A DNA stretch of 63,055 nt, counting the filler, from Nemertoderma westbladi (taxonomy: Eukaryota; Animalia; Xenacoelomorpha), in the NCBI GenBank assembly GCA_032718475.1. It is 3 parts of 3 records of this genome, joined end to end, with 100 filler letters (N's around TTAATTAATTAA, not from the genome) between each part and the next. Parts side by side here need not be neighbours in the genome. Positions count along the whole stretch, not along the records: positions 1 to 30,440 come from JAUCBJ010000531.1; positions 30,541 to 52,855 come from JAUCBJ010005715.1; 1 more part is not named here. One strand, 5' to 3'. The notes beneath the pieces are model-generated. The model saw only the letters and a program-made list of their open reading frames with translations. It did not search any database and was not told the DNA's origin. Made by a program: the position numbers and the translations under genes. Numbering within the stretch: position 1 is the first letter of the stretch; every line of letters begins with the position of its first letter. Shown piece by piece: positions 25,363-37,459 of this stretch.

Positions 25363-27814
25363 ACCTGCGAAATCGAGGATTCCCAAGAGATTCGTAAAGA
25401 CCCACGTTCAGAAGCAACGAGAACAGCTGCAACAACTCCACGCGAGTCATAAGAAGCAACTCGAGACTAGAAAGTTGGCAGCGCAGGAGATTGCCAAGGG
25501 TCTGCCGCTGGATCAACAGGATAAGTACCTTAAAGATGTTGACACGCAGATCAATGAGGAGTTCCACAACATGTACAATAAAATATTTAAAGACATCATG
25601 AGGTTCAAGCGTTCTACGGATTCCAGGTTGATTGCAGACGTGGAGGATTCATCGAGCGAATGCGAACCGAACAACGAACAGCTTCCGTTGTTGCCTCGCG
25701 TTGTTTGTCTTTCATTGACTCGCAGTTTGGTGGATCTACTCCTCTCCATGGACTACTCGTGCCACTGCGATCTCGCGCTCACAGTCTGCAAAGTCACAGC
25801 CCGGCTGTGTGTCGCCACCCAGCCCAGCGTATCCCTCGCCGAGCTCATAGCCAACGACGAGAATCTTCCCGACTCCGGTAAACTCGCTCAGCTGCTGTCT
25901 GTAGTTACGGGGTCTCTGTTATCCGCACCATTGCCGTGGTTGCGGCACGCTACGGGTTGCCTTGTGTTAAGCGTGTTGGATGGAGAGATGGATGTCTGTA
26001 GAGGGAAGAGGGTGTCCACCGTGGACGCGGTTGGAGGGAAGCGACAGTGGCGGGTTAGGGATGTGCCCGCCGTTCCTCCAGTGGGCGACCTAAATCCTGC
26101 AGCGGAAGCTGACTTCCCCCATCTCGCATCAGACCCGCACCACTCCTCCCAGAATGTTTCAATGGCAGATCCACACCCCTTAACAGACACTGTCCCAGTT
26201 TCAGACACACATCCAGCACAGGACACACACCCTACCTCGAATACACAGCCATCAGCAGATCAGCATCTCTCATCGAACTCACTACCATTGGTAGACCCTT
26301 GTCCCTCTTCTGACACCAATACAACCGGATCAGCATCCCTCGTCGCACCTTTTGATGCCCCAACATCACCAACCCCAGGTCGAACCAGATTCCCATGCCT
26401 GGAGACAATGCCAACATCTGCGATGGGCCAGCATTCAGTATTAAACACCAATACATATCTTCCCGCATCTGACACCAGTACAAACAATGGACCATCATCA
26501 TCCCCCAGTAACCCGCGGGAGACACGCTTTCCGCCTTTGGTATCAATACTGCCATCGGCGAAGATCACAGATTCAGAGTTGGAGTGCGATCCGTCTCACC
26601 CCCTTACCGCGTACATTTCGCAAACAATCGACAAAATTGCACAGAAATCACAAATTGAGCCATTGAGTGTTGCTCCTTCTACAAGTGATGCCTCTCCAAT
26701 ATTCGACGTGGCTTCTTCTTCAACTGATGATGTGATCTCCCAAACTGATACTGTTTTCTCTCACACGATATCTCCATTCGAATACGGCTTTCCGTATTCG
26801 ATAGATGTATCTCGTGTTGACGATATGGCCTCTCCTTCTCCGGGTATAGGCAGTGTTGAAACATCTGGTGATGTAAGGTCGCCAACCGACGATGTTGTTT
26901 CTCAACCTGATGACGGTGTGTATGAAGCTGGTTGCGCAGGTTCTCCGAGCACTAACACCGCGGACATCTCATTAGGTCAACCGGCTCCTGATATTGACCG
27001 TGCCTCTGGCAGTGAGTCTGCCACCGCCGATGCACCAGATCATTCTGCCGACATCGTCTCCAATGACATCTACGATATTGTCAGCAGCATACTTGGCCTG
27101 GAAGACACTTCCGACAGTGCAGGTACGGACGCGGGGCCGGGGTTCGTGGAGCAGTGCGTCTGCGTGTCGACCGCGATGGACTACAGGGTAGAGATCGGTC
27201 TGCTCTATAGGGTGGAGAACCTGCTCCGTATGGAACAGATGTTGTACCACAGCGCTATGCTGCACCGCGCTAGCCAACCTACGACGCTACCCCAACTACA
27301 GACCCAAAACGCGTCCATACCAGGTTACGCATCCTCTACAGACTTTATACAAACTGCTTTCAAAGCTATTCTCCGAGACACAACCAATTTATCTTCCTCA
27401 AATTTTGAAAACTTACTTTCATTTTGGATCAAAGCGAACGGCTGCGTGGACTACAAGTTTAAGGAGCGTTACCCCGTGAGTCCCCCACCAATTAGCCTCG
27501 ACCTCACAGCTATCATCTCCATCATGAACTTCCTCTACACGCACTCTTCCCTCGAGCTTTCTCTTTGGACCACCGCCTTCATTGTGATCGGGTGCGTCTG
27601 TGGTAACAAACTATCCCCCGATAGCTCGTCCACTATCGCCCAAGCCGTGGTTCCTTTTCCCTGCTTCTCCCGTATGTTGATTCGCTTTCTGAGTCGCGGA
27701 GTTCCAGAGATTGGCCCCACAGCGGTGAGGGCCTTGGAAGACCTACTCGATCAATTATCCACCAACGTAGACCTCTCAGCAAAGTGTGACCCCTTCAGAG
27801 ACGCATTGCTCCAG
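25363..27814 (+). CDS. BIRC6: BIRC6 large exon with a Ser/Pro/Asp-rich insertion
   Basis: Phase-2 AG at 25361-25362; LVDLLLSMDYSCHCDLALTVCKVTARL resembles BIRC6; CAG|GTTAGT donor. The gene continues beyond this contig. Confidence 0.85.
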
Positions 27815-27989
27815 GTTAGTTTAGTGTACAACATACACCTTCCTTATGTATGACCCATTTACACCTTAACGGCATTTATGGGTCGCTTAAGCCCTTAAAT
27901 TTATCAGAATATAATGGTTGACTCTTGACTAAATCCCTTTATTTATAATCAATGGATACACTATACACTTTGAATTCTCCGATATGAGT

Positions 27990-28512
27990 GGAATAAGCAC
28001 AAAATACAATAAACTGGAATAAGCACAATAATACAGTAAACTGTAATAAGCACAATAATGCAATAAACTGGAATAAGCACAATAATACAATAAACTGGAA
28101 TAAGCACAATAATACAATCAACTGGAATAAGCACAATAATACAATCAACTGGAATAAGCACAATAATACAGTAAACTGGAATAAGCACAATAATACAATA
28201 AACTGGACTAAGCACAATAATAAAGTAACTGGAATAAGCACAATAATACAATAAACTGGACTAAGCAGTAAGCACAATAATACAATAAACTGGACTAAGC
28301 ACAATAATACAATAAACTGGACTAAGCACAATTACAATAAACTGGACTAAGCAGTAAGCACAATAATACAATAAACTGGACTAAGCACAATAATACAATA
28401 AACTGGACTAAGCAGTAAGCACAATAATACAATAATCTGGACTAAGCACAATAATACAATAAACTGGACTAAGCAGTAAGCACAATAATACAATAAACTG
28501 AGCTAAGCACAA
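27990..28512. repeat. 27-bp minisatellite (AAGCACAATAATACAATAAACTGGA(A/C)T) with 33-bp variants
   Basis: Direct inspection; 9-aa periodic ORFs. Confidence 0.95.
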
Positions 28513-28606
28513 TTGAGAAGGAAAGGGTGGAAATCACAGAAATCAGACAGAAAATATACCAACAGATGGAAAATGTAAGTAAATCAAAATTAGTTTCGGG
28601 CCAGTT

Positions 28607-30440
28607 GGAATAATCGGGGAGAATCGTTACAACTAAGCACATGGTAGCGGTCGGTACACGGAATAATCGGGGAAAATCGTTACAACTAAGCACATGGTAG
28701 CGGTCGGTACACGGAATAATCGGGGAAAATCGTTACAACTAAGCACGTGGTAGCGGTCGGTACACGGAATAATCGGGGAAAATTGTTACAACTAGGCACG
28801 TGGTAGCGGTCGGTACACGGAATAATCGGGGAGAATCGTTACAACTAAGCACGTGGTAGCGGTCGGTATACGGAATAATCGGGGAAAATTGTTACAACAG
28901 GCACGTGGTAGCGGTCGGTACAACTAAGCACATGGTAGCGGTCGGTACAACTAAGCACATGGTAGCGGTCGGTACAACTAAGCACGTGGTAGCGGTCGGT
29001 ACAACTAAGCACATGGTAGCGGTCGGTACAACTAAGAACATGGTAGCGGTCGGTACAACTAAGCACGTGGTAGCGGTCGGTACAACTAAGCACGTGGTAG
29101 CGGTCGGTACAACTAAGCACGTGGTAGCGGTCGGTACAACTAAGCACATGGTAGCGGTCGGTACAACTAAGCCCGTGGTAGCGGTCGGTACAACTAAGCA
29201 CGTGGTAGCGGTCGTTACAACTAAGCACATGGTAGCGGTCGGTACAACTAAGCACATGGTAGCGGTCGGTACAACTAAGCACATGGTAGCGGTCGGTACA
29301 ACTAAGCACATGGTAGCGGTCGGTACAACTAAGCACATGGTAGCGGTCGGTACAACTAAGCACATGGTAGCGGTCGGTACAACTAAGCACATGGTAGCGG
29401 TCGGTACAACTAAGCACGTGGTAGCGGTCGTTACAACTAAGCACGTGGTAGCGGTCGTTACAACTAAGCACATGGTAGCGGTCGGTACACGGAATAATCG
29501 GGAGAATCGTTACAACTAAGCACGTGGTAGCGGTCGGTACAACTAAGCACATGGTAGCGGTCGGTACAACTAAGCACATGGTAGCGGTCGGTACAACTAA
29601 GCACGTGGTAGCGGTCGGTACAACTAAGCACGTGGTAGCTGTCGGTACAACTAAGCACATGGTAGCGGTCGGTACAACTAAGCACGTGGTAGCGGTCGGT
29701 ACAACTAAGCACATGGTAGCGGTCGGTACAACTAAGCACATGGTAGCGGTCGTTTCAACTAAGCACGTGGTAGCGGTCGGTACAACTAAGCACGTGGTAG
29801 CGGTCGTTACAACTAAGAGCGTGGTAGCGGTCGTTACAACTAAGCACGTGGTAGCGGTCGTTACAACTAAGCACATGGTAGCGGTCGGTACAGCTAAGCA
29901 CATGGTAGCGGTCGGTACAACTAAGCACATGGTAGCGGTCGGTACAACTAAGCACATGGTAGCGGTCGGTACAACTAAGTACATGGTAGCGGTCGGTACA
30001 ACTAAGCACATGGTAGCGGTCGGTACAACTAAGCACGTGGTAGCGGTCGTTACAACTAAGCACATGGTAGCGGTCGGTACAACTAAGCACATGGTAGCGG
30101 TCGGTACAACTAAGCACATGGTAGCGGTCGGTACAACTAAGTACATGGTAGCGGTCGGTACAACTAAGCACATGGTAGCGGTCGGTACAACTAAGCACGT
30201 GGTAGCGGTCGTTACAACTAAGCACATGGTAGCGGTCGGTACAACTAAGCACATGGTAGCGGTCGGTACAACTAAGCACATGGTAGCGGTCGGTACAACT
30301 AAGCACATGGTAGCGCTCGTTACAACTAAGCACGTGGTAGCGGTCGTTACAACTAAGCACATGGTAGCGGTCGGTACAACTAAGCACGTGGTAGCGGTCG
30401 TTACAACTAAGCACGTGGTAGCGGTCGGTACAACTAAGCA
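28607..30440. repeat. Minisatellite: 53-bp units converting to a 27-bp subunit array (CAACTAAGCACATGGTAGCGGTCGGTA)
   Basis: 53-bp units at 28607-28895 and once near 29490; MVAVGTTKH period; runs into the gap. Confidence 0.97.
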
Positions 30441-30540
30441 NNNNNNNNNNNNNNNNNNNNNNNNNNNNNNNNNNNNNNNNNNNNTTAATTAATTAANNNN
30501 NNNNNNNNNNNNNNNNNNNNNNNNNNNNNNNNNNNNNNNN
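30441..30540. other. Artificial contig spacer (N44-TTAATTAATTAA-N44)
   Basis: Six-frame stop linker centred in exactly 100 bp; identical to the spacer at 52856. Confidence 0.97.
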
Positions 30541-33158
30541 GTAGTTCGAGAGTACTTCAGACAATTGAACATGGACAATAAGTACACATGGAACTTCGTT
30601 GCCATTTGCGATCGCATTACGAAGGGTGTATTTACGGAGACTAGAAAGGTGGTACGCGCGCGAGGAGATTGGAGGATGGCGGCTATACAGTACCGCAACG
30701 AATTCTTGTTGACTCATGTGCCAGTGGGTTCATTGACCGCTGAGAGGATGCAAGAGCAAAGGATCGCAGCGACCACAGCGACGACCGCTGGAGTGCGAGG
30801 CTCGCGGAAAGAACCAGGAGGAGAGGTCCGAGACAAGCGTCAAGTCAAGGACGACCACTACCATTCGATTATAGAAGCGCAGCGGTTGCAGCGCAAGGCG
30901 CAGGGGGCGTCTGAGAAAGCGCGTGTGCAACTGCAGAAGGAAGAGTTGGCGGAAGCGACCACGGGAGCGCGACAATTGGGACGAGGCCGAGGGAGAAGTT
31001 CGAGCCGAGAGTCTGTCGGGGCTCAGGGAACGTCGTCGTCGGTTCCGGGGAGTGACGCCTCACGGACGCCGTCAACAGAGTCGACTAGAGGACGACTGGT
31101 GTATCTGGGCAGAGGGCGAAAGAGAGGAGCGAGCCCGAAGAACCCAGGAGCGGGTTGTTAATGCATCGTATCACAGGGCGACAGACTCTAGATATATACA
31201 TCATCGTCGCTCTGATGTATATTGTAGCATTTTAGAAATATCCGACTAGACTCATATACACTAGTTGCATAATTATTTGAATTTATACCTAAAGAGGTGA
31301 GGTCTCTATAGGGGTGTAAATAACAGGCGGCGGCGGACTCGTGAGGGTCTGGGGGCACGCTAAATCTCAAATATAGTGCTAGGGAGTCACTGAAGGCCCT
31401 CGTGTCTAGCGAACCATGAATTGCCATGGTGCCGTGGTACCGTCTAGTCGGCATGTTGCCGTACTGCCAGTCCTGTACACAGTAGGGGTGGTGGCATGGC
31501 GTGATTTGTGGTTCATGTGGCGTGAACTATGTTTTGTATGTGAGCAACCAGTGGCAGTTTGCTTGGGGCTTGGATGGGTTCCTTTGGCCATCAGCTGTTC
31601 CGTTTTTTTGATACTATATGTTATTGTCTCCATGTTCAGCTGATTGGTCTTTGGGATTTGTTCGGGTCTTTGAGCTTTCTGTTGCTGTAGGTACGTGAGT
31701 ACACGTGATTGTATGTGTGGCCACTGCGAGTGGGTATGGGAACCCTTGCCAGTTGGACAAGACGCCGCTGGTATTAGTAGGACCATACTTTACTGCGCCC
31801 CAGCATACTTTGTGCACACAAAGTTATTTTGCCCTGACGGCAAAATAAGGTACTCTCGATTTGCCTCCGATCGATACAATTTTGTCCCTTCTGATTTTGA
31901 CCCCGATTTTGTCTTACCCGATTATGTCATCTGTGTGTGCATGGTATGTGTTCGATTTTGTGCTTACCGTTGTGTACTTGATTTCGTGAACATCTGTTGA
32001 GTACACGTGTACAGTGACTGGTAAGTGGTTACTTGTTCAGTAGCTTTTGAGCTACAGACAGTATTGTTTTTTAAATACTGCCGGCGAGGCAGGTGAAAAC
32101 GAGTCAAAATTCCATGTTGGGTAGCGCAAGCCCACATGGGACAAGACCGTCGGTTAGGCCCAAGGGCGACCTTGGTGCTCGATCGCTATCGACTGGTCCA
32201 CCTGCCGGTTGACTCTTTGTTATACTTTGAGTTGGCTCGATGTACAGTCAGGCCACAGTAAGTTGACAGTAGCCGACCATCTGGCTACACGTTCGACGAG
32301 CTGTGCTGGTGTGATCGGGGAATTGAAAATTGAACCCGGGAAGCATCAGGCCACCCTCCGGCCCGGTCTGATAATAACAAGCAGTCGGACTGGCCCCAGG
32401 GGTGGTGGAAAGGTGTCCGCCTCGTGGGTGCGCCTCGGGGAGGAGCCCAGAAGGACACAAGTGATTATGAGAGAGGCGAAGGAAGTGATTGGGGAGACAA
32501 ACCTGCGGGTTTGGCTTACTCCTTTCACTTGCCCCAGCAAATACTATATTTGATTTGTGTATATGACTTTATTTGCTCTAAAGTTTATTGAAAGAGGCGA
32601 AGGAAGTGATTGGGGAGACAAACCTGCGGGTTTGGCTTACTCCTTTCACTTGTCCTAGCAATCATCAAACCAAGATGATTTGCGTTTTTTATAAGAAATT
32701 AAGTAAAGTCCGAAAATGAAAGAAATTATTACGTATTTTATATTTAATTTGATTATCGGCCTTTAATGCAATTTAGTTAAAAATTTAGCCTCAAATACGT
32801 TTATATTTAGTTTATCTTGTTAATATTGCTTGTTAATTTGAGATGGGAAATGGGGGACATTGTCCTAGCCATGTTTCATTTCAATATGTAGATCGTCAAT
32901 TTGTAAGTAAATAAAGGAAGTAATATTTTGTAATTTAATTTTGTATGTAGTAATCATTATGTAGAACGAACGAGAAACAGTATTTTGTAATTTTAATTTG
33001 TATGTAAATTCATTATGCAATATCTATGGCAATATTTGTAAATAGTAGAATTATTATGTTATTTAGATTGGTTGGAAGAAATTTATTTTGTTTTGTATAC
33101 ATCACCTTATACTCTTCTACAATTGGAGGGAAACATTGTATGATTTCCCTTGGAGCGG
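30541..33158 (+). mobile_element. 3' internal region of LTR retrotransposon family B (unidentified ORFs, long 3' UTR, short purine tract)
   Basis: Lies directly upstream of GGAGCGG|TGTTACGG; no RT or integrase motif visible. Confidence 0.5.
30565..31161 (+). CDS. Unknown ORF (5' end likely in the gap), probable retroelement accessory protein with a basic low-complexity tail
   Basis: 198-aa open frame from the contig edge; no recognised domain. Confidence 0.4.
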   Translation: MNMDNKYTWNFVAICDRITKGVFTETRKVVRARGDWRMAAIQYRNEFLLTHVPVGSLTAERMQEQRIAATTATTAGVRGSRKEPGGEVRDKRQVKDDHYHSIIEAQRLQRKAQGASEKARVQLQKEELAEATTGARQLGRGRGRSSSRESVGAQGTSSSVPGSDASRTPSTESTRGRLVYLGRGRKRGASPKNPGAGC

Positions 33159-35334
33159 TGTTACGGTATATGGCGCTGTATCCATAATATTAGTCATCAT
33201 GCAGTATGCAATATTAGTCCGTTATGCAGTATGCAATATTAGTCCGTTATACTGTATGTAATATTAGTCCGTTGTGCAGCATGATATTTTAGATAAGGCA
33301 TAATAACGCAGTGGTATTTAGATAGGGAAATCGAAACACCCATATATTTGAATCCATCCATTTTGTATAGTATGTAGCCCTACCTACGTAATTTTGTATT
33401 AGGTTATATGTAGATAGTTCCAGGGTAAGTTTATTCGGACCCTGGATTCCGTGCTTGCTGATATTAGCTTTAGTAGGGCTAGCATATAGGGACGCTGTCC
33501 TGGCCATTCAGCAGCCAGAGACGTGAACCATTACCATATATGGTAATAATTCGAGGAAGGGGAGCAAATAGGGCTACAATCCGGCCTCCTTATTGGACTA
33601 GCTGCTTCCAGGTTGGTCTAGTGCTAGCACGGACTGGAGAGCCAATAAGAAAGCGATTGAGTCACCCTATTGCATCACCCCATCCGGATCACCTATAAAT
33701 TGGCGGTGTGCCGGTAGAGCCTCACAACTCATCACATGACACCTAGCCCTAGCACCTGTCTTGCTGTGTTTCTTGATTTGCTAATTTGATTAATTTCGTG
33801 AATGATTTGCTAGTGCGATTACTTGTTTGTGTTTCTCAATAATTCCTTCGATTACTGCTAATTACAACTGAACTATGATTTCTACCTTTTGATTAATGGT
33901 TCTATGTGATTCTTTTCTGCGCAATAATCCTAAGGGATTCCTGAGACTGTCAGACTTTGTGATTTGCATGCGCCGCTACGGTAGCTATTAGCGTAATGGA
34001 GGGCTAAGGCGCCAGCGGGCGGTGGGCACATCGGGGGGTTGGGCGACTAAGGGAGAGCGGAGGATTCAAAGCGAGCAACGCTGGCGTGGGGTCACCGTTG
34101 CGGTCGGGAAGTTAACGCTGTGGTACGCAGACCAATCGCCGGTACATTAGTTAGGGGGCTGATGATCCAGGTTTCGTCTCTATTTAGTATTAGGGGGGCG
34201 GGAATCAGGTTAGTTAGGAGTCCTATATGTACCCGGGAGAGGCCTGCACGTATCACAACGTTTCGAACGTTGAGCGTGTAGTACGAATAGTGAGTCGCAT
34301 AATTGTGGGCTATACAGTAGTTAACTGCATAATTGCGAACTGTGATTGCTGACGCTGATTGGTGTGTTACTGAAGTGTGCCTATGATTGTGAATGTTTAG
34401 GTAGGCGCTCTTTTCTCTTTGATTGATTTCTATTTCTTAGTTACAACAATTAGTTACTGATTAGGTCAAAGTAATACGGCAAATTTAGGCTATTACTAGC
34501 GAAACTTGTTGCGTAATAAATTAGAATTACGTATTCTGGAACTCTTAGTAATTAGTACGCTGTTAAATATTTGTGACTGTAATTGATTAGTAAAAAATTA
34601 AGAATTAGTACGCAGCATAGCGGAGAGTAGCTAAAGTAATAATTAGAGTACTGTAAACTATTCACGCTAAGCGGTTATTTGCATTAGCGGGCAATCAGCT
34701 AGAACACACTATTCGGTACGCACGAAACGCTAGTGATTTGCTGGCCTAAAGCCAGCTGCAGGCAATTTTAGACCCAGAGTGGTACTATCCACGAGAGACA
34801 ATTACTGTACCATTTTTGATATTTAAATATTCTCGCATTCACACATTACGTTAGAGAAACCCCAGTATTCGCGATTAGAAAGACGTAGGTAATAGCGTGC
34901 TTTAATAAGTGATAGAATTAGGCGTAAGAATACTCTGAGTGCAAGGCCTCTCGCACTCGTCTTAAGTAAGCTTAGGGAGCCGACTCAGGTTTATTGTTTT
35001 GGTTATTCCTGCGTGGCTCATAGATTCGAACAGTTAGCTCTCTATTGAGCAATCGGTAGAGAAAGGAACAAGCGATTTTGCAGGAGTTGTGTAAAATTAG
35101 TAAATATATTAGCGGACGGCAGATTAGCGCCATCTAACGGTAAGTAGCGGTTTTGTATTTAGCAACCCTTACAATTTAGTAATATCACGCTCCTGAGCCC
35201 CTTTACTTAACAGTAGAGCAGTCTTTGTGTCTTATTGGTTAGGCGAGAGCTCATTAGGTTGGCAGAAGAATATTAACGGGTATTGGTCTGTTCAACAGTT
35301 CTGCTGTTAGTATAGAGGTCGCGGTTGTTTATCA
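33159..35334 (+). mobile_element. Putative 3' LTR of family B (~2.18 kb, TG...CA), inserted into the leader of a family-A element
   Basis: Starts TGTTACGG after a purine run; CCAAT (~33643) and TATAAAT (~33694); ends TTATCA exactly where the family-A leader repeat (CTGCCCCTACTTCC) resumes. Confidence 0.6.
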
Positions 35335-36021
35335 CTGCCCCTACTTCCTAACCGTTCTTTATCGGACAGATGCTTTACACACACCGAAATTTCCTCAAAC
35401 CCAACAGCAGCCAGACAACTATCCAGCCTACAAATTATCTAAATAAAATTATACGCTACCCGTACAGACTACACAAACAAAGTACAGACTAAACGATGGC
35501 AGACTACTATCAAGCCTAAATAAACCACAGGACATGCAGACTCCGAAATGGTTAAGTAGTATGCGTTCTAACCCAGTAGTACGACTTATTCCTTAGATGG
35601 GGGTTTACCTTACAGCTATGGCTGCCCCTACTTCCTAACCGTTCTTTATCGGACATACACTCTACATGCACTGCAATCCGTTCAGACCTAATCAACAGTT
35701 AGCCAACAGTCAAGCCTACAAATTGTCTGTACAATCTGATCAGGCTTACACGCCTTCTGTTCAATATTGGCCTACAAATAAATAAAACTGACAGAAATAA
35801 GTAAAATCTCAATAAAAAACCAGGGCGGGCCCTCCCTGATTAATTATTAAGGCCTACTGGTATATAATAATCAAAATCGAATAATACTGCTATACCTGTA
35901 CTGGAAGTACCGGTTAGGACAGTTGAGCCTACAGACGTACCGCAGTACCGGTTCAGGTTTACCGGTTGACCGGTACTTTCAACTTTATTGCTTACTGCAA
36001 TAAAGAAGCTATATCCGTTAT
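35335..36021 (-). mobile_element. Family-A leader (copy 3), truncated by the family-B insertion
   Basis: Reverse complement of ~44810-45350 and ~49350-50200, including the ~290-bp internal duplication. Confidence 0.85.
36010..36021 (-). promoter_or_regulatory. Putative self-priming PBS of copy 3 (ATAACGGATATA), complementary to 36765-36776
   Basis: 12-nt perfect reverse complement inside its own LTR. Confidence 0.78.
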
Positions 36022-37241
36022 TGTTCGCGCTTTCAGACCTTTGGCAGTTTAACCCGCCAAATTAGGATGTCTTCTAGATAATAAATCGATTTTAGCCTCT
36101 GACAAGTATTTGATTCACTACACTAGTTGAAACCAATCTGTGCGCGATCATTCACCCGCTGGATATACCCGGGAGATTGACTTCGACGGCTTAATCTTAT
36201 TGCTATGTAAGCCTAATGTATTATTCGACTGACAGTATTATATAATCTCTGACAATATTATTCACCTTCGGGGAATATTAACAGTTCCTTTTGGACGTGG
36301 CGCTCTATCTATATAAACAGAGCTATGACTTAAACTACATGCAACGATATGGCTTAGTTACAATTCACATATATGGCGCATTCTTTAGGAAATGCTTCGT
36401 TATCAGTCTCACTCATACACAATGCTGCACAATACTGCACACTGATCTGCCGATCTTCACTGATTTTAGTCACATATAAAAGGAACACAGACCGACTCAT
36501 GTAGGGTCTATCAGATAACATTAGATTCACTTCAAACCACTTTAACATAAGTCACAATCGTTATATGTAACCTGTCTCTCTTACCTTCGGTATATCAAGA
36601 ATATTGGGTTTTCGGGGTTATTTCTCATTATTCCAAATATAATATTTCATCAACCATATAATGAATAACCGACAGTAAATAGCAGTATAACGTTATAAAA
36701 GTATGCACGACAAGACCAGCCAAGCATTGAGTAAGTTGTTAACCATTGAGTTACCCAGTGTGTGATAACGGATATATGTCCTTATAATTAAGCCTACTAG
36801 TGTTAGGCTAAAAGCAGAAAAAGCACAAATATTCCAAAAGCCGTTCTTTCTTGGCTCAGGACTGAATGATAACACTGCCCATAAAGCATTGCGTGATTTC
36901 TAGGAAATTTCTGTACAAGAACAGTAAAAACGCTCTGATTGGTTGACTGAACTGAGAGGCACCGTAGAACAAAGAAAATCGACACATATACAGCTCAGCT
37001 GTTAACCGTCGTCATAGTAACTACTGTTTCAAGAGGATCTAGCTATTTTGCGTCATAGAATTGCCATAGAATCACCAACCATGTCCCCCAAAGTACACAT
37101 ACGGAAGAAATAGCTCTTAGGTCCTCTAAAAAACACCGATACAGCAATAATACGGCCTCTTACGCCTACTAAACCAACTACAGAGTATTTTACGGGAAAA
37201 ATAAGGAAAAATAACCGGGCAATTCCGCAAAAGCTTTTACA
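36022..37241 (-). mobile_element. Family-A 5' LTR, copy 3 (1220 bp)
   Basis: Minus-strand termini TGTAAAAGCTTTTGCGG...AAAGCGCGAACA; homologous to the other copies. Confidence 0.85.
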
Positions 37242-37459
37242 CCACACTATAATACTACAGTGCAGCAGTGATATAATATTAGTCTGTAGTATACTACTGT
37301 AGGCCTATTTCTGTTTCAGTCCAACAAATTAGAATTAAAAGCAATAGGCTCGTACTTCATGTTCTTCTACAGTATGTATATACAGACTGCAGAATGCAGA
37401 CCGCAAATTGAGCCATGACCTAATACTGAGCGAAACAAAATTGGTACCCCTCGTAGACT

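Noticed and set aside
16308-27720. Antisense and alternate-frame ORFs overlapping the large BIRC6 exons
   Set aside because: Expected shadows of GC-rich coding sequence; no independent motifs.
6872-30440. Tandem arrays as CRISPR arrays
   Set aside because: Head-to-tail monomers without unique spacers, no cas genes, eukaryotic intronic context.
7176-30492. Long periodic ORFs (7176-8399, 14274-15618, 20181-21617, 27929-28331, 28845-30492) as proteins
   Set aside because: They are translations of intronic minisatellites, often open in several frames and on both strands.
30485-30496. TTAATTAATTAA as a biological motif (also at 52900-52911)
   Set aside because: Six-frame-stop linker centred in N padding; an assembly artefact. 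The missing BIRC6 3' half therefore does not indicate a truncated gene.
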